Part shown: positions 39,803 through 49,172 of the stretch, in pieces
Numbering within the stretch: position 1 is the stretch's first letter
How the letters are laid out: the number at the start of each line of letters is the position of its first letter
Assembly (NCBI RefSeq): GCF_965279055.1
Contig: NZ_OZ257125.1
Coordinates: 4,271,322 to 4,335,321 of the forward strand
Direction of reading: 5' to 3'
DNA length: 64,000 nucleotides
From: Hydrocarboniphaga sp.
GTDB taxonomy: Bacteria; Pseudomonadota; Gammaproteobacteria; Nevskiales; Nevskiaceae
Program-made: the position numbers and the translations under genes
The notes under the pieces: generated by a model
Told to the model about the DNA's origin: nothing
Database searches by the model: none
What the model saw: only the letters and a program-made list of their open reading frames with translations

Positions 39803-40858
39803 ATGAGCTCCTATTCCCGCTCGCTGCCGCCGGCGCTGGTCGTCGGCACCGGCTTTGGCTGCCGCATCCACGTACCGGCGCTGCGCGCGGCCGGCTTCGA
39901 TGTCGTCGGCCTGATCGGTACCGACATCGAACGCACGCGCAAGCGCGCGCAAGCCAGCGGCGTTGCGCAGAGCTTTACCGATCTCGACGAGGCGATCGCG
40001 CGTACCGGCGCGCACGTCGTCAGTATCGCGACACCGCCGCATACGCATGCGCCTTTGACATTCACCGCGCTCGCGCGCGGCTGCCATGTGCTGTGCGAAA
40101 AACCGTTCGCGAAAGACCTGGCCGAGGCGCGCGCGATGCTGGCCGCGGCCGAGCGCGCTGGCGTCGTGCATCTGATCGCGCACGAATTCCGCTGGGGCCC
40201 CGATCGCGCCCTGCTGGCACGCGCGATCGCCGACGGCCTGATCGGGGAACCGCGCATGCTGACGATGAGCGGCTACATGCCCCAACTCGCCAGCGCCGAC
40301 GCGAAGATGCCGCGCTGGTGGTTCGACCGCGAGGTCGGCGGCGGTTGGCTCGGCGCACACGGCTCGCACATGATCGACCAGATCCGTTGCTGGCTCGGCG
40401 AGTTCGCGAGCCTGAGCGCGAGCCTGCCGATGGTGTCGGATCGCAGCGGCGTTGCCGAGGACTCGTACTCGCTGAGCTTCGAACTCGCCAACGGCGTCAG
40501 CGGCGTGCTGCAACAGACCGCGGGCGCCTGGGGATCGCCGGCGGCGATGACGCGCGTCGCCGGCACTCGCGGCACGCTATGGGTCGAAGACGGCCGTGTA
40601 CACCTGGCCGATCGCGAAGGCACGCGCGAACTCGCGGTACCGGACGATCTGCAGCTGCCGGATGTCGGCGGCGATCCGCGCAACCTGCTGCTGCCGCCGT
40701 TCGTTCGCCTGTGCGAAGCGCTACGCGCCGCTATCGATGGCAGGCCGAACTCGGCCGTGCCGCCACCGACCTTCGCCGACGGCGTTGCCGGCATGCAGGT
40801 GCTCGACGCGATACGCGCCTCCGCTGCCAGCGGCGGCGCGCGGGTCGCGCTGAGCTGA
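39803..40858 (+). CDS. Gfo/Idh/MocA oxidoreductase
   Basis: VGTGFG, VSIATPPHTH, HVLCEKP, HGSHMID; ATG 39803. Confidence 0.9.
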   Translation: MSSYSRSLPPALVVGTGFGCRIHVPALRAAGFDVVGLIGTDIERTRKRAQASGVAQSFTDLDEAIARTGAHVVSIATPPHTHAPLTFTALARGCHVLCEKPFAKDLAEARAMLAAAERAGVVHLIAHEFRWGPDRALLARAIADGLIGEPRMLTMSGYMPQLASADAKMPRWWFDREVGGGWLGAHGSHMIDQIRCWLGEFASLSASLPMVSDRSGVAEDSYSLSFELANGVSGVLQQTAGAWGSPAAMTRVAGTRGTLWVEDGRVHLADREGTRELAVPDDLQLPDVGGDPRNLLLPPFVRLCEALRAAIDGRPNSAVPPPTFADGVAGMQVLDAIRASAASGGARVALS

Positions 40859-40912
40859 GCGCGGCGCGACGATCAGCGCAGCGCCTGTCACCGCCGCGGC
40901 GGCTGAGGCGCG

Positions 40913-41674
40913 TTAGCCGCGCCAGCCGCGCATGCGGTTGCCGGCGTCGCAGTTGACGATTTCGGCAGTGATGAAACGCGCCTCGTCGGAGGCCAGGAAC
41001 AGGCCGAGCCGCGCGATGTCGTCAGCGTTGCCATGCAGCTTCAGCACCTGCTGGCCCTGCACGCGCGCATAGGTGTCGGCGGACAGGCTGCCCTTGGATG
41101 CCGGTGTTTCCATGATGCCGGGGGCGATGCCGTTGACGCGGATGCCGTCGGCGCCGAAGTGCATCGCCATGCCGTAAGTCATCGACGCCAGTGCCGCCTT
41201 GGTGACGCCGTAGGCGCTCGCCGGCTGATAGCTCGCCATCGAGGTGATGTTGATCACCGAGCCCTGGGCGGCCGCCAGCGGCACGCGCAGCGCCTGGCCG
41301 AGCAGCAGCGGCGCGACCGTGTTGATCGCGAAATAGCGCAGCCACTTCTGCTGGCTCAGCTGGGTGAAACCGGCACTGATTTCGCCGTAGGCGAGGCCGG
41401 CGTTGTTGACCAGCGCGTGCAGCTGGGGATGCGTCGCGCAGACCTCGGCGGCGAAAGCCTGCAACTGCACCTCGTCGGACAGATCGACGCGATGCGTGCT
41501 GCACTGGCTTGCTCGGCTACGCAGCATCGCCGCGGTGTCGGCGAGGCCGGCCTCGTCGATGTCAGCCAGCACCAGGCGCGCACCCTCGCCGGCAAAGTGT
41601 TCGGCGAAGCTGCGGCCGAGGCCGGCGGCGGCGCCGGTGACCAGCACCACGCGATCCAGAAAACGCTGACTCAT
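40913..41674 (-). CDS. SDR
   Basis: TGAAAGLG, NNAG, YGVTK; ATG 41674. Confidence 0.88.
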   Translation of the reverse strand: MSQRFLDRVVLVTGAAAGLGRSFAEHFAGEGARLVLADIDEAGLADTAAMLRSRASQCSTHRVDLSDEVQLQAFAAEVCATHPQLHALVNNAGLAYGEISAGFTQLSQQKWLRYFAINTVAPLLLGQALRVPLAAAQGSVINITSMASYQPASAYGVTKAALASMTYGMAMHFGADGIRVNGIAPGIMETPASKGSLSADTYARVQGQQVLKLHGNADDIARLGLFLASDEARFITAEIVNCDAGNRMRGWRG

Positions 41675-41816
41675 GTTGTCGACTCCCTGCTGCGGATCAC
41701 CGCGATGCTGCGGACACGGCAGGCTGCTGGCAACGGCGATCGATGGCGAACGCCGGCCTTCCTGTCGGCAAACAGACGTGCCCCGTCGAAACCCGGTGCA
41801 ATCCTTTTGGACCGGG

Positions 41817-42680
41817 CTAGGAGTTGAGCGCCGCCGTCCGCGGCACGCGCTGGCGGAACTCGCGCGGCGTGACGCCGGTGGCGCGGCGGAAGGCATAACA
41901 GAAGCCCGACGGCGACGAGAAGCCCAGCGAATACGAAATCGCCTTGACGCTGTTGTCGCACAGCAGCATGCGCTTGGCGTGATCGATGCGCGACGCAGCG
42001 ACGTAGTGGCCGATCGAGCAGCCACGGCTGGCGCGGAAGCCGCGCGTCAGCTGGCGTACCGACAGCTTGCACAGCTCGGCCAGCTCGGTCAGCGTCGGCG
42101 CATCGCGCACCTCACGCAGGCGCTCGTCGATCAGGCGCAGCCGCCACGCGGACAGGCCACCGCTGCCGGGCGCCTCGTTGACGCGCGCGCAGTAACGCGC
42201 CAGCTCGATGCCGAGCTGCGCGACGACCAGTTCGACCAGCATGCCGCTGGCAAAACCCGGATGGCGCGTCTCGTGTGCCAGGCGCAGCATCAGGCCGCGG
42301 ACGTTGGCATCGCGGATATCCATGCTCGCCTGGAGGCGGCGCTCGGTCCATTCCAGCCGGTCGGGAATCAGCTGCTGATCGATGTGCAGCAGCATCGAGG
42401 TCTGCGTCGAAGCGCCGTCACTGCGCGCCTGCATCACCTCGCCCGGCGGCACCAGGAACACTTTGCCGAGGCGCTCGTAGCGATGCGGGTTCCAGTGCCG
42501 GTCGTAGCAACCACGGGCATTGCTGGGCCGCGGCGTCAGCGACAGGTCGACCCGGTAATCGCCGGTCGGCCTGAGCACGCCGGAGGCAGGACCGAAGACG
42601 TCGAAGCGCACCAGCTGCGCCGTCGCCATCGGCACGCGGATCTCGGCGTCTATCGTCATATCGGCGAACGGATGTCCCAT
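41817..42680 (-). CDS. AraC-family regulator
   Basis: C-terminal double HTH: LTELAELCKLSVRQLTRGF...IDHAKRML...ISYSLGFSSPSGF..AFRRATGVTPREFR. Confidence 0.9.
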   Translation of the reverse strand: MGHPFADMTIDAEIRVPMATAQLVRFDVFGPASGVLRPTGDYRVDLSLTPRPSNARGCYDRHWNPHRYERLGKVFLVPPGEVMQARSDGASTQTSMLLHIDQQLIPDRLEWTERRLQASMDIRDANVRGLMLRLAHETRHPGFASGMLVELVVAQLGIELARYCARVNEAPGSGGLSAWRLRLIDERLREVRDAPTLTELAELCKLSVRQLTRGFRASRGCSIGHYVAASRIDHAKRMLLCDNSVKAISYSLGFSSPSGFCYAFRRATGVTPREFRQRVPRTAALNS

Positions 42681-42773
42681 GACTTTCTCCTCCAGCAGTG
42701 CGCCGGTCTATTGCCGGTCTGAGCACAATATAGCGCTTGTGGACTATATGCGCTGGGCCGCCGCATCCACAAT

Positions 42774-42849
42774 TCGACACTGTTGTTTATTGGAGCGCGC
42801 AGCCGGAGGCCGGATGCGCATTGCGCATTAATGAACACGCATGTACATT
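42774..42849. promoter_or_regulatory. Two candidate operators upstream of the 2Fe-2S ferredoxin
   Basis: tcGACActgtTGTTta (42774-42789, exact) and AATGAACA-cgca-TGTACATT (42830-42849, near match). Confidence 0.6.
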
Positions 42850-43012
42850 TATGCGGCGCGGCGGTGGAGACCAGCCGCGCAGCCACCGCCACGCCCGCAA
42901 CGCCCGCTCCAGCAGCGCCGGCGGGTGCCGCGGCACCACGATAATCGACCGGGCCCACCGGTCACGAGCCGGTCTGCAAGCGCAGCCAGGCGCGTCCAGA
43001 GCCGACAGAGCC

Positions 43013-43333
43013 ATGCCCAAGATTCTTTTCATCGAGCACAGCGGCAAGCAGCACCTCATCGACGCCGAAGCCGGCAAAAGCGTGATGCAGAACGCAGTCG
43101 ATCGCATGGTGCCCGGCATCATCGGCGACTGCGGCGGCGCCTGCTCCTGCGCCACCTGTCACGGTTATATCGACCCGGCCTGGGCCAACAAGGTGGAGCC
43201 CAGGAACGACGGCGAAGATGCGATGCTCGACGGCGCGCTGCACACCGAGGCCAACAGCCGGCTGACCTGCCAGATCACGATGACCGAGGCGCTGGACGGC
43301 CTGGTCGTGCGCCTTCCGGTGAGCCAGTTCTGA
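43013..43333 (+). CDS. [2Fe-2S] ferredoxin, putidaredoxin type
   Basis: CGGACSCATCH...SRLTCQI; ATG 43013. Confidence 0.92.
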   Translation: MPKILFIEHSGKQHLIDAEAGKSVMQNAVDRMVPGIIGDCGGACSCATCHGYIDPAWANKVEPRNDGEDAMLDGALHTEANSRLTCQITMTEALDGLVVRLPVSQF

Positions 43334-43349
43334 GCGCCGCCGCGTGGGC

Positions 43350-43811
43350 TCAGCGTCCACCCATCGCCGTCCATACCGCCGGCGGCACCGAGGTGAATTC
43401 CAGGTAGTGGCCGAGCGTCGCGCGCGCGTCGGCGTAGACGAAGCGCAGGCCGCTGGAAGTATCGCCGCGGTAGACGATCGGCAGCTGCTGGCGCTCGACT
43501 TCGGCCAGCGTCGCGTCCCAGTCGAAGCTGCGCATGCAGATGTGATGAAAGCGCAGGCCCTGATCGGGCAGCGCCTCGCGATACAGCTCCACCGGCCCGG
43601 ACACCGGCTCGATCAGCTCGTACTGCAGGTTGCCGACCCAGATGAAGGCGACCTTGTTGACCGCGATGCCGGTGCCGCGCGGCGTCGTCACCTCGACCTC
43701 GGCCTGAAAATACCGGGCGTCCGGCACGCCGTAGTGCGTGCGGAAGTAGCCGATCGCCTTTTCGATGTCGCGCGTGACGTAGGCGTTCTGGTAGTGGTTG
43801 GCGAGCAGCAT
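43350..43811 (-). CDS. VOC/glyoxalase superfamily protein
   Basis: HYQNAYVTRDIEKA, QYELIEPVSG, FHHIC, YLEF. Confidence 0.82.
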   Translation of the reverse strand: MLLANHYQNAYVTRDIEKAIGYFRTHYGVPDARYFQAEVEVTTPRGTGIAVNKVAFIWVGNLQYELIEPVSGPVELYREALPDQGLRFHHICMRSFDWDATLAEVERQQLPIVYRGDTSSGLRFVYADARATLGHYLEFTSVPPAVWTAMGGR

Positions 43812-43838
43812 GCGGCGTCCCCTGTCGTTGCGAAGGCC

Positions 43839-44990
43839 TCAGCCTTCGGCTTCCACGGTGTAGCGCGACGAGTAGCGCTCGAAGCGGCCGCGCAGCTCGT
43901 CCGGCGTCAGGCCGTATTGCGCGAGCTTGTATTCGTGGCGGCCGAACTTGTCCTGCGGATTGTCGTTGATCCAGTTCGTCATCGCGGTTTCGGCCTCGGC
44001 GGTGTAGTCGTCGCCGAGCGCCTTGTAGAGCCCGCGCATGGTTTCGATCGGCTGACGCATCAGGTCGGCGTAGTGCACGTCGATGACCTTGTCCTCGCCG
44101 AACTTGTCGCGGAAATTCATGATCCGCTCGGCGTGCTCCACCGCCTGGAACGAGCAGTTTTCGCCGAGCCACTTCGCGTCGACGCGGCCCATGAACGCAT
44201 TGTGCGACAGCGACAGCAGGCTGCAGAACGAGCCGGTCGCGGTCAGCGGGTCGCGGTGCGTCCAGACGAAGCGCGCATCCGGATAAACCTTCAGGATCGT
44301 CTCCAGCCACAAGGCGTGCGAGGGTTGCTTGAGGTTCCACACGCCCGGCGCATCGGCCTGCAGCAGTTGCAGGAAACGCTTGTGATACTCGTAGGTGGAT
44401 GTCAGGTCAGCCTGGAACAGCCAGTCGCGATAATTCGGCAGCACGCCGCGCGATTCCCAGACCAGGGCCTTGAAGTCCTGCATCACGAAGAACATGCACT
44501 CGTTCGGATAGATCGCCGAGTTGCGGTAGTACTTGCCCATCTCCGGACGCGCCGCGAGCATCTGGCGCTCGGCCTCGAGCCGCGCGAGCGCGCGCGGATC
44601 GGTGAACAGCGTGGCGCGGGTCGGCGGCGGGATCGGGTCGTCGATCTCCCAGGTCAGCGGCGAGCGCCGGTTCGGGTCCGCGGCGAGCAGGTTGCTGAGC
44701 AGCGTGGTGCCGGTGCGCGGCACACCGAAAACGAACACCGGGCGCTCGATTGCGCGCTTGAGCAACTCCGGCCGCTGGTCGAGATAAGCCGTGGTTTTGA
44801 GCCGCGTCGCCAGCGCGCCGACGACGCTGCCGCGGACGCGCTCGAGACCGGCCTCGGTATACGTGCAGGCGTTGACGTCGCCGAGAAACACCTCGAGACC
44901 CTCGTGAAAGCTGTCGCTGTCGAAGCGCTCCAGCTGCGTCGCCTTGCGGGCCTGCTCGACCAGTTCGTCTGCGACCATTTTCTGCGCCAT
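43839..44990 (-). CDS. PAPS-dependent sulfotransferase (second paralogue)
   Basis: GVPRTGTTLL, LKQPSH, THRDP...GS, KFGRHEY; ATG 44990. Confidence 0.85.
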   Translation of the reverse strand: MAQKMVADELVEQARKATQLERFDSDSFHEGLEVFLGDVNACTYTEAGLERVRGSVVGALATRLKTTAYLDQRPELLKRAIERPVFVFGVPRTGTTLLSNLLAADPNRRSPLTWEIDDPIPPPTRATLFTDPRALARLEAERQMLAARPEMGKYYRNSAIYPNECMFFVMQDFKALVWESRGVLPNYRDWLFQADLTSTYEYHKRFLQLLQADAPGVWNLKQPSHALWLETILKVYPDARFVWTHRDPLTATGSFCSLLSLSHNAFMGRVDAKWLGENCSFQAVEHAERIMNFRDKFGEDKVIDVHYADLMRQPIETMRGLYKALGDDYTAEAETAMTNWINDNPQDKFGRHEYKLAQYGLTPDELRGRFERYSSRYTVEAEG

Positions 44991-45205
44991 GTCTTTGCTC
45001 TCTCCACGATTCGGGCCGATCGGCGGCGGCTCCCAGGGCAAACGATCTTCGACCGCCGCCTCGTCGCCCGCAACGGCGTTCGGATACGACGACCGGACAC
45101 AATGTCGCGGTCGGGACGTTGCCGTCGCCGGCACCGCGGCGTCTATGGACCCGGCATCGGCGGCGGGCGATGCTGGCGCCCGTCCGTTCATGCAAGCCTG
45201 GGTCA

Positions 45206-45802
45206 ATGAGCAGCCGAATCCCGCAGAAGCCGCGCAGCCGCAACCCGGTACAGACCCGTGCCCGGCTGCTGCAGGCGACGATCGACCTGGTCGCCGAAAA
45301 AGGCGCCGACGCGCTGTCGCTGAAAGAGGCCGCGCGCGTGGCCAAGGTCAGCCGCGGCGTCGCCTACCAGCATTTCGACGACCGCGATCACCTGCTGCGC
45401 GAGGCCAAGGCCTGGCTGTCGGAGCGCCTGAGCGAATCGCTGCATGGCGAACTCGACCCGGCGACGATGGAGGATCGCGTCTACGGCGTGGCGCGGCAGG
45501 TGATGAACAACCGCGAGGCCTCGCGACTGCTGATCGCCGACGCGATGGCCGGCAAGGATCTGCAGAAAGACCATCCGCTGTACCGCCTGCTGCTCGACTC
45601 GCTGGAGCGGTTCAGGACCAGTGGCAATGCGCGCCAGGACATGGATCTGGAAATCCTGTCCTCGATCCTGGTCGGAGTGGTCGCTTCTATCATCATGCTG
45701 AGTTATCAAGACAACAGTGATGTCGATAAGATGGCGCGGCGGTTTACTGCCGAATGGACTCGCATCCTTCGCCACGGGATTTTCGTGGAGCCTCCGGCCT
45801 GA
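45206..45802 (+). CDS. TetR-family regulator
   Basis: TRARLLQATIDL...LSLKEAARVAKVSRGVAYQHF; ATG 45206. Confidence 0.9.
   Translation: MSSRIPQKPRSRNPVQTRARLLQATIDLVAEKGADALSLKEAARVAKVSRGVAYQHFDDRDHLLREAKAWLSERLSESLHGELDPATMEDRVYGVARQVMNNREASRLLIADAMAGKDLQKDHPLYRLLLDSLERFRTSGNARQDMDLEILSSILVGVVASIIMLSYQDNSDVDKMARRFTAEWTRILRHGIFVEPPA
45711..45726. promoter_or_regulatory. Candidate operator inside the 3' end of tetR
   Basis: acAACAgtgaTGTCga, exact match, in an AT-rich coding stretch. Confidence 0.45.
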
Positions 45803-45845
45803 GAACGCAGGCCGGCACCAGGCGGGCGCCGCAACGCAGCACGGA

Positions 45846-45877
45846 ATCGCTAATGGACACTGATGTCCATTAGCGAT
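45846..45877. promoter_or_regulatory. Perfect 14-bp inverted repeat centred on the operator motif
   Basis: ATCGCTAATGGACA-ctga-TGTCCATTAGCGAT; no U-tract, so an operator is favoured over a terminator. Confidence 0.65.
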
Positions 45878-45954
45878 AGCATCTGCTTCAATATCAGTTC
45901 AAAAGAACGCCGGGCCTGTTACGCCACGGCGGCGACGCTGAGGAGAGAGGCACC

Positions 45955-46257
45955 TTGCTTACACCCGCGATCCGGCCGTCAAGGTCGAATTTCAAGCGCC
46001 GCAGCCCTGCCAGCCTCGTTCTGGGCAGCGGCCAGGTGCCGGCCTTGTGGTCATCGCTGTTGTCCATAGCGCCCGCCGGTGCGGCCGAGCGGTTCACCGA
46101 CCATCGGCAAATGGGTCTGAAGTATTCGCCGCTGACTCAGATCAACGCCGGCAACGTCGATCAGTTGCAGGCCGCCAGGGAAGTCCATACCGGCGGGCAC
46201 GGCATGTACGGCTCCCGCAAGGGTAATCCGGTGATGGCGCACCAGCTCAAGCGTTAG
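45955..46257 (+). pseudogene. N-terminal remnant of a PQQ-dependent dehydrogenase
   Basis: YSPLTQINAGNVDQLQAAREVHTG at 46123-46194 matches the quinoprotein N-terminal motif; conserved Trp appears as Arg and the ORF stops soon after. Confidence 0.7.
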
Positions 46258-46329
46258 CGGGCAACTGGGGCGTGCGCCAGACGGCGTCTCGCACCCGATT
46301 AGAAAGATAAAGAGACAGCGAGAGGGAAC

Positions 46330-48933
46330 ATGAAACAAACGATGATCGCGGCAACGATGACGGCGGCCGCCACCCTGGTGATCGCCACGGCAGCCAGCGC
46401 ACAGATTTCCGTGCCGGAGCAGGAGACGGCGGCACCGGCTGCGCCGCCACCTGCGGAAGCGGCGGCGCCGTTCGACGCACCTGCCGCCGCGCCTGCGCCG
46501 GCGGCCGCCGAGGCCGCCGCGCCCCTGGACACGATCACGCTGCCGGAGCAGCAGGCGGCCGAGACGCCAGAGCGCGATCAGACGCGCGAACGCGGTGGCC
46601 TGGAAGAAGTCATCGTCACCGCGCAGCGCCGCGAGCAGAGCGCGCAGGACGTGCCGGTGTCGATCACCGTGCTCGACGCGCAGCAGATCTCCAACGCCAA
46701 CATCACCAACTCGTCCGACCTGGCGACCTATACGCCGTCGCTGTCGACCAACCAGCGCTTCGGCCCGGAATCGGCGACGTTCGCGATCCGCGGCTTCACG
46801 CAGGATCTGCGCACCACCGCTTCGGTCGGCGTGTACTTCGCCGAAGTGGTCGCGCCGCGCGGCCAGAGCTCGCAGACCTCCGGCGACGGCGCCGGCCCCG
46901 GCGAGCTGTTCGATCTGGAAAACGTGCAGGTTCTGAAAGGCCCGCAGGGCACCTTGTTCGGCCGCAACACCACCGGCGGCGCGGTGCTGATCGTGCCGAA
47001 GAAGCCGACCGATGCCTACGAGGGCTATCTGGAGGCCTCCGGCGGCGACTACAACCTGAAGCGCATCCAGGGCGTGTTCAACGCGCCGCTGTTCGACAAC
47101 TTCAAGCTGCGTCTGGGCGTCGACAGCAATCATCGCGACGGCCATCTGCACAACTACACCGGCATCGGTGCCGACGACCTGGGCAACGTCAACTACACCT
47201 CGGGGCGCCTGAGCGCGCTGTGGGACATCACCGACAGCGTCAACAACTACACCATTTTCAGCTACGCCTATTCCAAGACCCACGGCAGCACCTCGACGCT
47301 GTATCAGTGCAACCCGAGCCTGCAGGGCAATCCGTTCTACCTGTTCGTCGGCCAGCAGTGCCAGCAGCAGCTCGACGACGCCAAGGCCGCCGGTAACGGC
47401 GGGTTCTACGATCTGGCCAGCACCATCGAGACACCGTTGAACCTGCAGAAGACGCTGCGCGCGATCAACACCACGACCTGGGCGATCAACGACGAGCTGC
47501 ATCTGAAGAACATCTTCAGCTTCGCGCACCTGCACACCGAAAACGGCTCGGACATCTTCGGCACCCAGTTCCACTACGAACTCGCCGGCGTGCCGGTCGA
47601 CCTGAACCCGAATCGTGAATTCAAGATCGGCATTTCGGTGCCGAATCCGGACGAGCCGGTGACCAGCCAGCAGACCTTCGTCGAGGAACTGCAGCTGCAG
47701 GGCACGTCCTTCGGCGGCGCGTTTGAATGGACCACCGGCGCCTACTTCGAAAAGAGCCTGCCGGACGGCTTCTCCGGCAACAACTCGATCGCGCTGGTGT
47801 CGTGCAATCTCGCCAGCGTCGAAGGCCAGCCCTCCGGCTACGACTGCTTCGATCCGCTGGGCGGCGCGCTCGGCGGCCTGCTCGCCCAGCAGTACAAGAC
47901 CACGTATCTGAACCGTGCGCTGTATGCCGAAGGCACCTGGAACTTCACCGACAAGTTCGCCACCACGGTCGGCATGCGCTACACCTGGGATCACACCGAG
48001 GGTTACGGCATCAAGACGCGCTACACCTATCTGCTCGCAGCCGAACTGCCGAACAGCCCGACCGTGTCGGAGAGCCATCCGGAAGTCAGCAGCCAGGCGC
48101 CGACCGGGCAGGTGCAGTTCAGCTACAAGCCGATCAAGGACGTGATGACTTACGCCAAGTACGTGCGCGGCTATCGCCAGGGCAACGTGATCCTGGCGGC
48201 CGATCCGGGCATCGACACCTTCGAGCCGGAACACGTCAACAGCTACGAAATCGGCACCAAGACCAGCTTCCGCGGCTGGATCCCGGGCCGCTTCAACGTC
48301 GCCGCGTTCTACAACGACCTGACCGACATGCAGTTGCAGTACGGCTATGTATCGAGGGACTCGCAGACCACGACGACCATCGTCAACGCCGGCAAGGCGC
48401 GCATCGGCGGCGTCGAGGTCGAGGCCTTCCTGCAGCCGCTGCCGGGTGTGATCTGGGCAACCTCGTATTCCTACCTGAATACCAAGCTGGTCAAGTTCGA
48501 CACCAACCAGCCGGCCGTCGAAGCGGTGGCGATCCCGGGCACGGCGACGCCGATCGCGGTCGAGGGCGACACGCTGCCGTTCGCGCCGGATCACACCGTC
48601 GTCACCTCGCTGACCTGGTCGCTGCCGCTGCCGGCGGAGATCGGCAACGTCGATGTCGGCGCGACCTACGTCTACACCGGCAAGCGTCGCTCCTCGGCCA
48701 CCGGCTCCAGCCCGGACGACGTGCTCGATCCGTTCGACCTGCTCAACGCCAACATCAACTGGACGTCGATCTTCATGTCGCACTTCGATGTGTCGCTGTT
48801 CGCGACCAACATCCTCGACGAGAAGTACACGACGTATGGCTCGGGCACCTACTACACGTTGGGCTTCGACTCACGCGCCGTCGGCCTGCCGCGCATGATG
48901 GGCGCACGTCTGCGCTACAACTTCGGCGACTGA
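46330..48933 (+). CDS. TonB-dependent receptor
   Basis: Signal peptide, Ala/Pro linker, LEEVIVTAQRRE TonB-box region, VLKGPQGTLFGRNTTGGA plug, C-terminal RYNFGD. Confidence 0.93.
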   Translation: MKQTMIAATMTAAATLVIATAASAQISVPEQETAAPAAPPPAEAAAPFDAPAAAPAPAAAEAAAPLDTITLPEQQAAETPERDQTRERGGLEEVIVTAQRREQSAQDVPVSITVLDAQQISNANITNSSDLATYTPSLSTNQRFGPESATFAIRGFTQDLRTTASVGVYFAEVVAPRGQSSQTSGDGAGPGELFDLENVQVLKGPQGTLFGRNTTGGAVLIVPKKPTDAYEGYLEASGGDYNLKRIQGVFNAPLFDNFKLRLGVDSNHRDGHLHNYTGIGADDLGNVNYTSGRLSALWDITDSVNNYTIFSYAYSKTHGSTSTLYQCNPSLQGNPFYLFVGQQCQQQLDDAKAAGNGGFYDLASTIETPLNLQKTLRAINTTTWAINDELHLKNIFSFAHLHTENGSDIFGTQFHYELAGVPVDLNPNREFKIGISVPNPDEPVTSQQTFVEELQLQGTSFGGAFEWTTGAYFEKSLPDGFSGNNSIALVSCNLASVEGQPSGYDCFDPLGGALGGLLAQQYKTTYLNRALYAEGTWNFTDKFATTVGMRYTWDHTEGYGIKTRYTYLLAAELPNSPTVSESHPEVSSQAPTGQVQFSYKPIKDVMTYAKYVRGYRQGNVILAADPGIDTFEPEHVNSYEIGTKTSFRGWIPGRFNVAAFYNDLTDMQLQYGYVSRDSQTTTTIVNAGKARIGGVEVEAFLQPLPGVIWATSYSYLNTKLVKFDTNQPAVEAVAIPGTATPIAVEGDTLPFAPDHTVVTSLTWSLPLPAEIGNVDVGATYVYTGKRRSSATGSSPDDVLDPFDLLNANINWTSIFMSHFDVSLFATNILDEKYTTYGSGTYYTLGFDSRAVGLPRMMGARLRYNFGD

Positions 48934-48986
48934 TCACTTCGCGGGGGAGCGGCAACGATCGCGGTCGTTGCCGCCGCAAGGGGGAT

Positions 48987-49027
48987 TGGCGGCGTCACCT
49001 GACGAGGTGACGCCGCCATTTTTTTTT
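48987..49027 (+). terminator. Rho-independent terminator
   Basis: 13-bp stem TGGCGGCGTCACC/GGTGACGCCGCCA followed by 9 T; a second hairpin lies at about 48949-48973. Confidence 0.9.
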
Positions 49028-49172
49028 AGGCGTGTGGCGGCGCGTCCCTGCCGCGTCATTGCGTCCCGCCATCGACATTGTTACGCGTTGCCCCGCACCG
49101 GTGGCTGGCCGACACTGCCTTGCATGACCGCCGGGTCAAAGCCACGGCGCGCACGCGACAGGAGAACGCAAA

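Noticed and set aside
45094-45108. GACA-caa-TGTC upstream of tetR, and GACA-t-TGTT near 49074
   Set aside because: Spacer lengths of 3 and 1 differ from the N4 consensus, so they were not counted as operators.
45846-45877. Terminator for tetR
   Set aside because: The stem is not GC-rich, has no U-tract, and its centre matches the operator motif. A terminator role is not fully excluded.
46420-46570. Ala/Pro low-complexity repeats at the TBDR N-terminus
   Set aside because: An ordinary flexible linker with no nucleotide-level tandem unit.
46051-48783. 910-aa minus-strand ORF, and similar long shadows such as 17552-19669, 901-2760, 49056-50915, 53202-55307 and 43344-45209
   Set aside because: They are antisense or off-frame to well-supported genes, lack motifs, and are expected from high GC3 suppressing stop codons.
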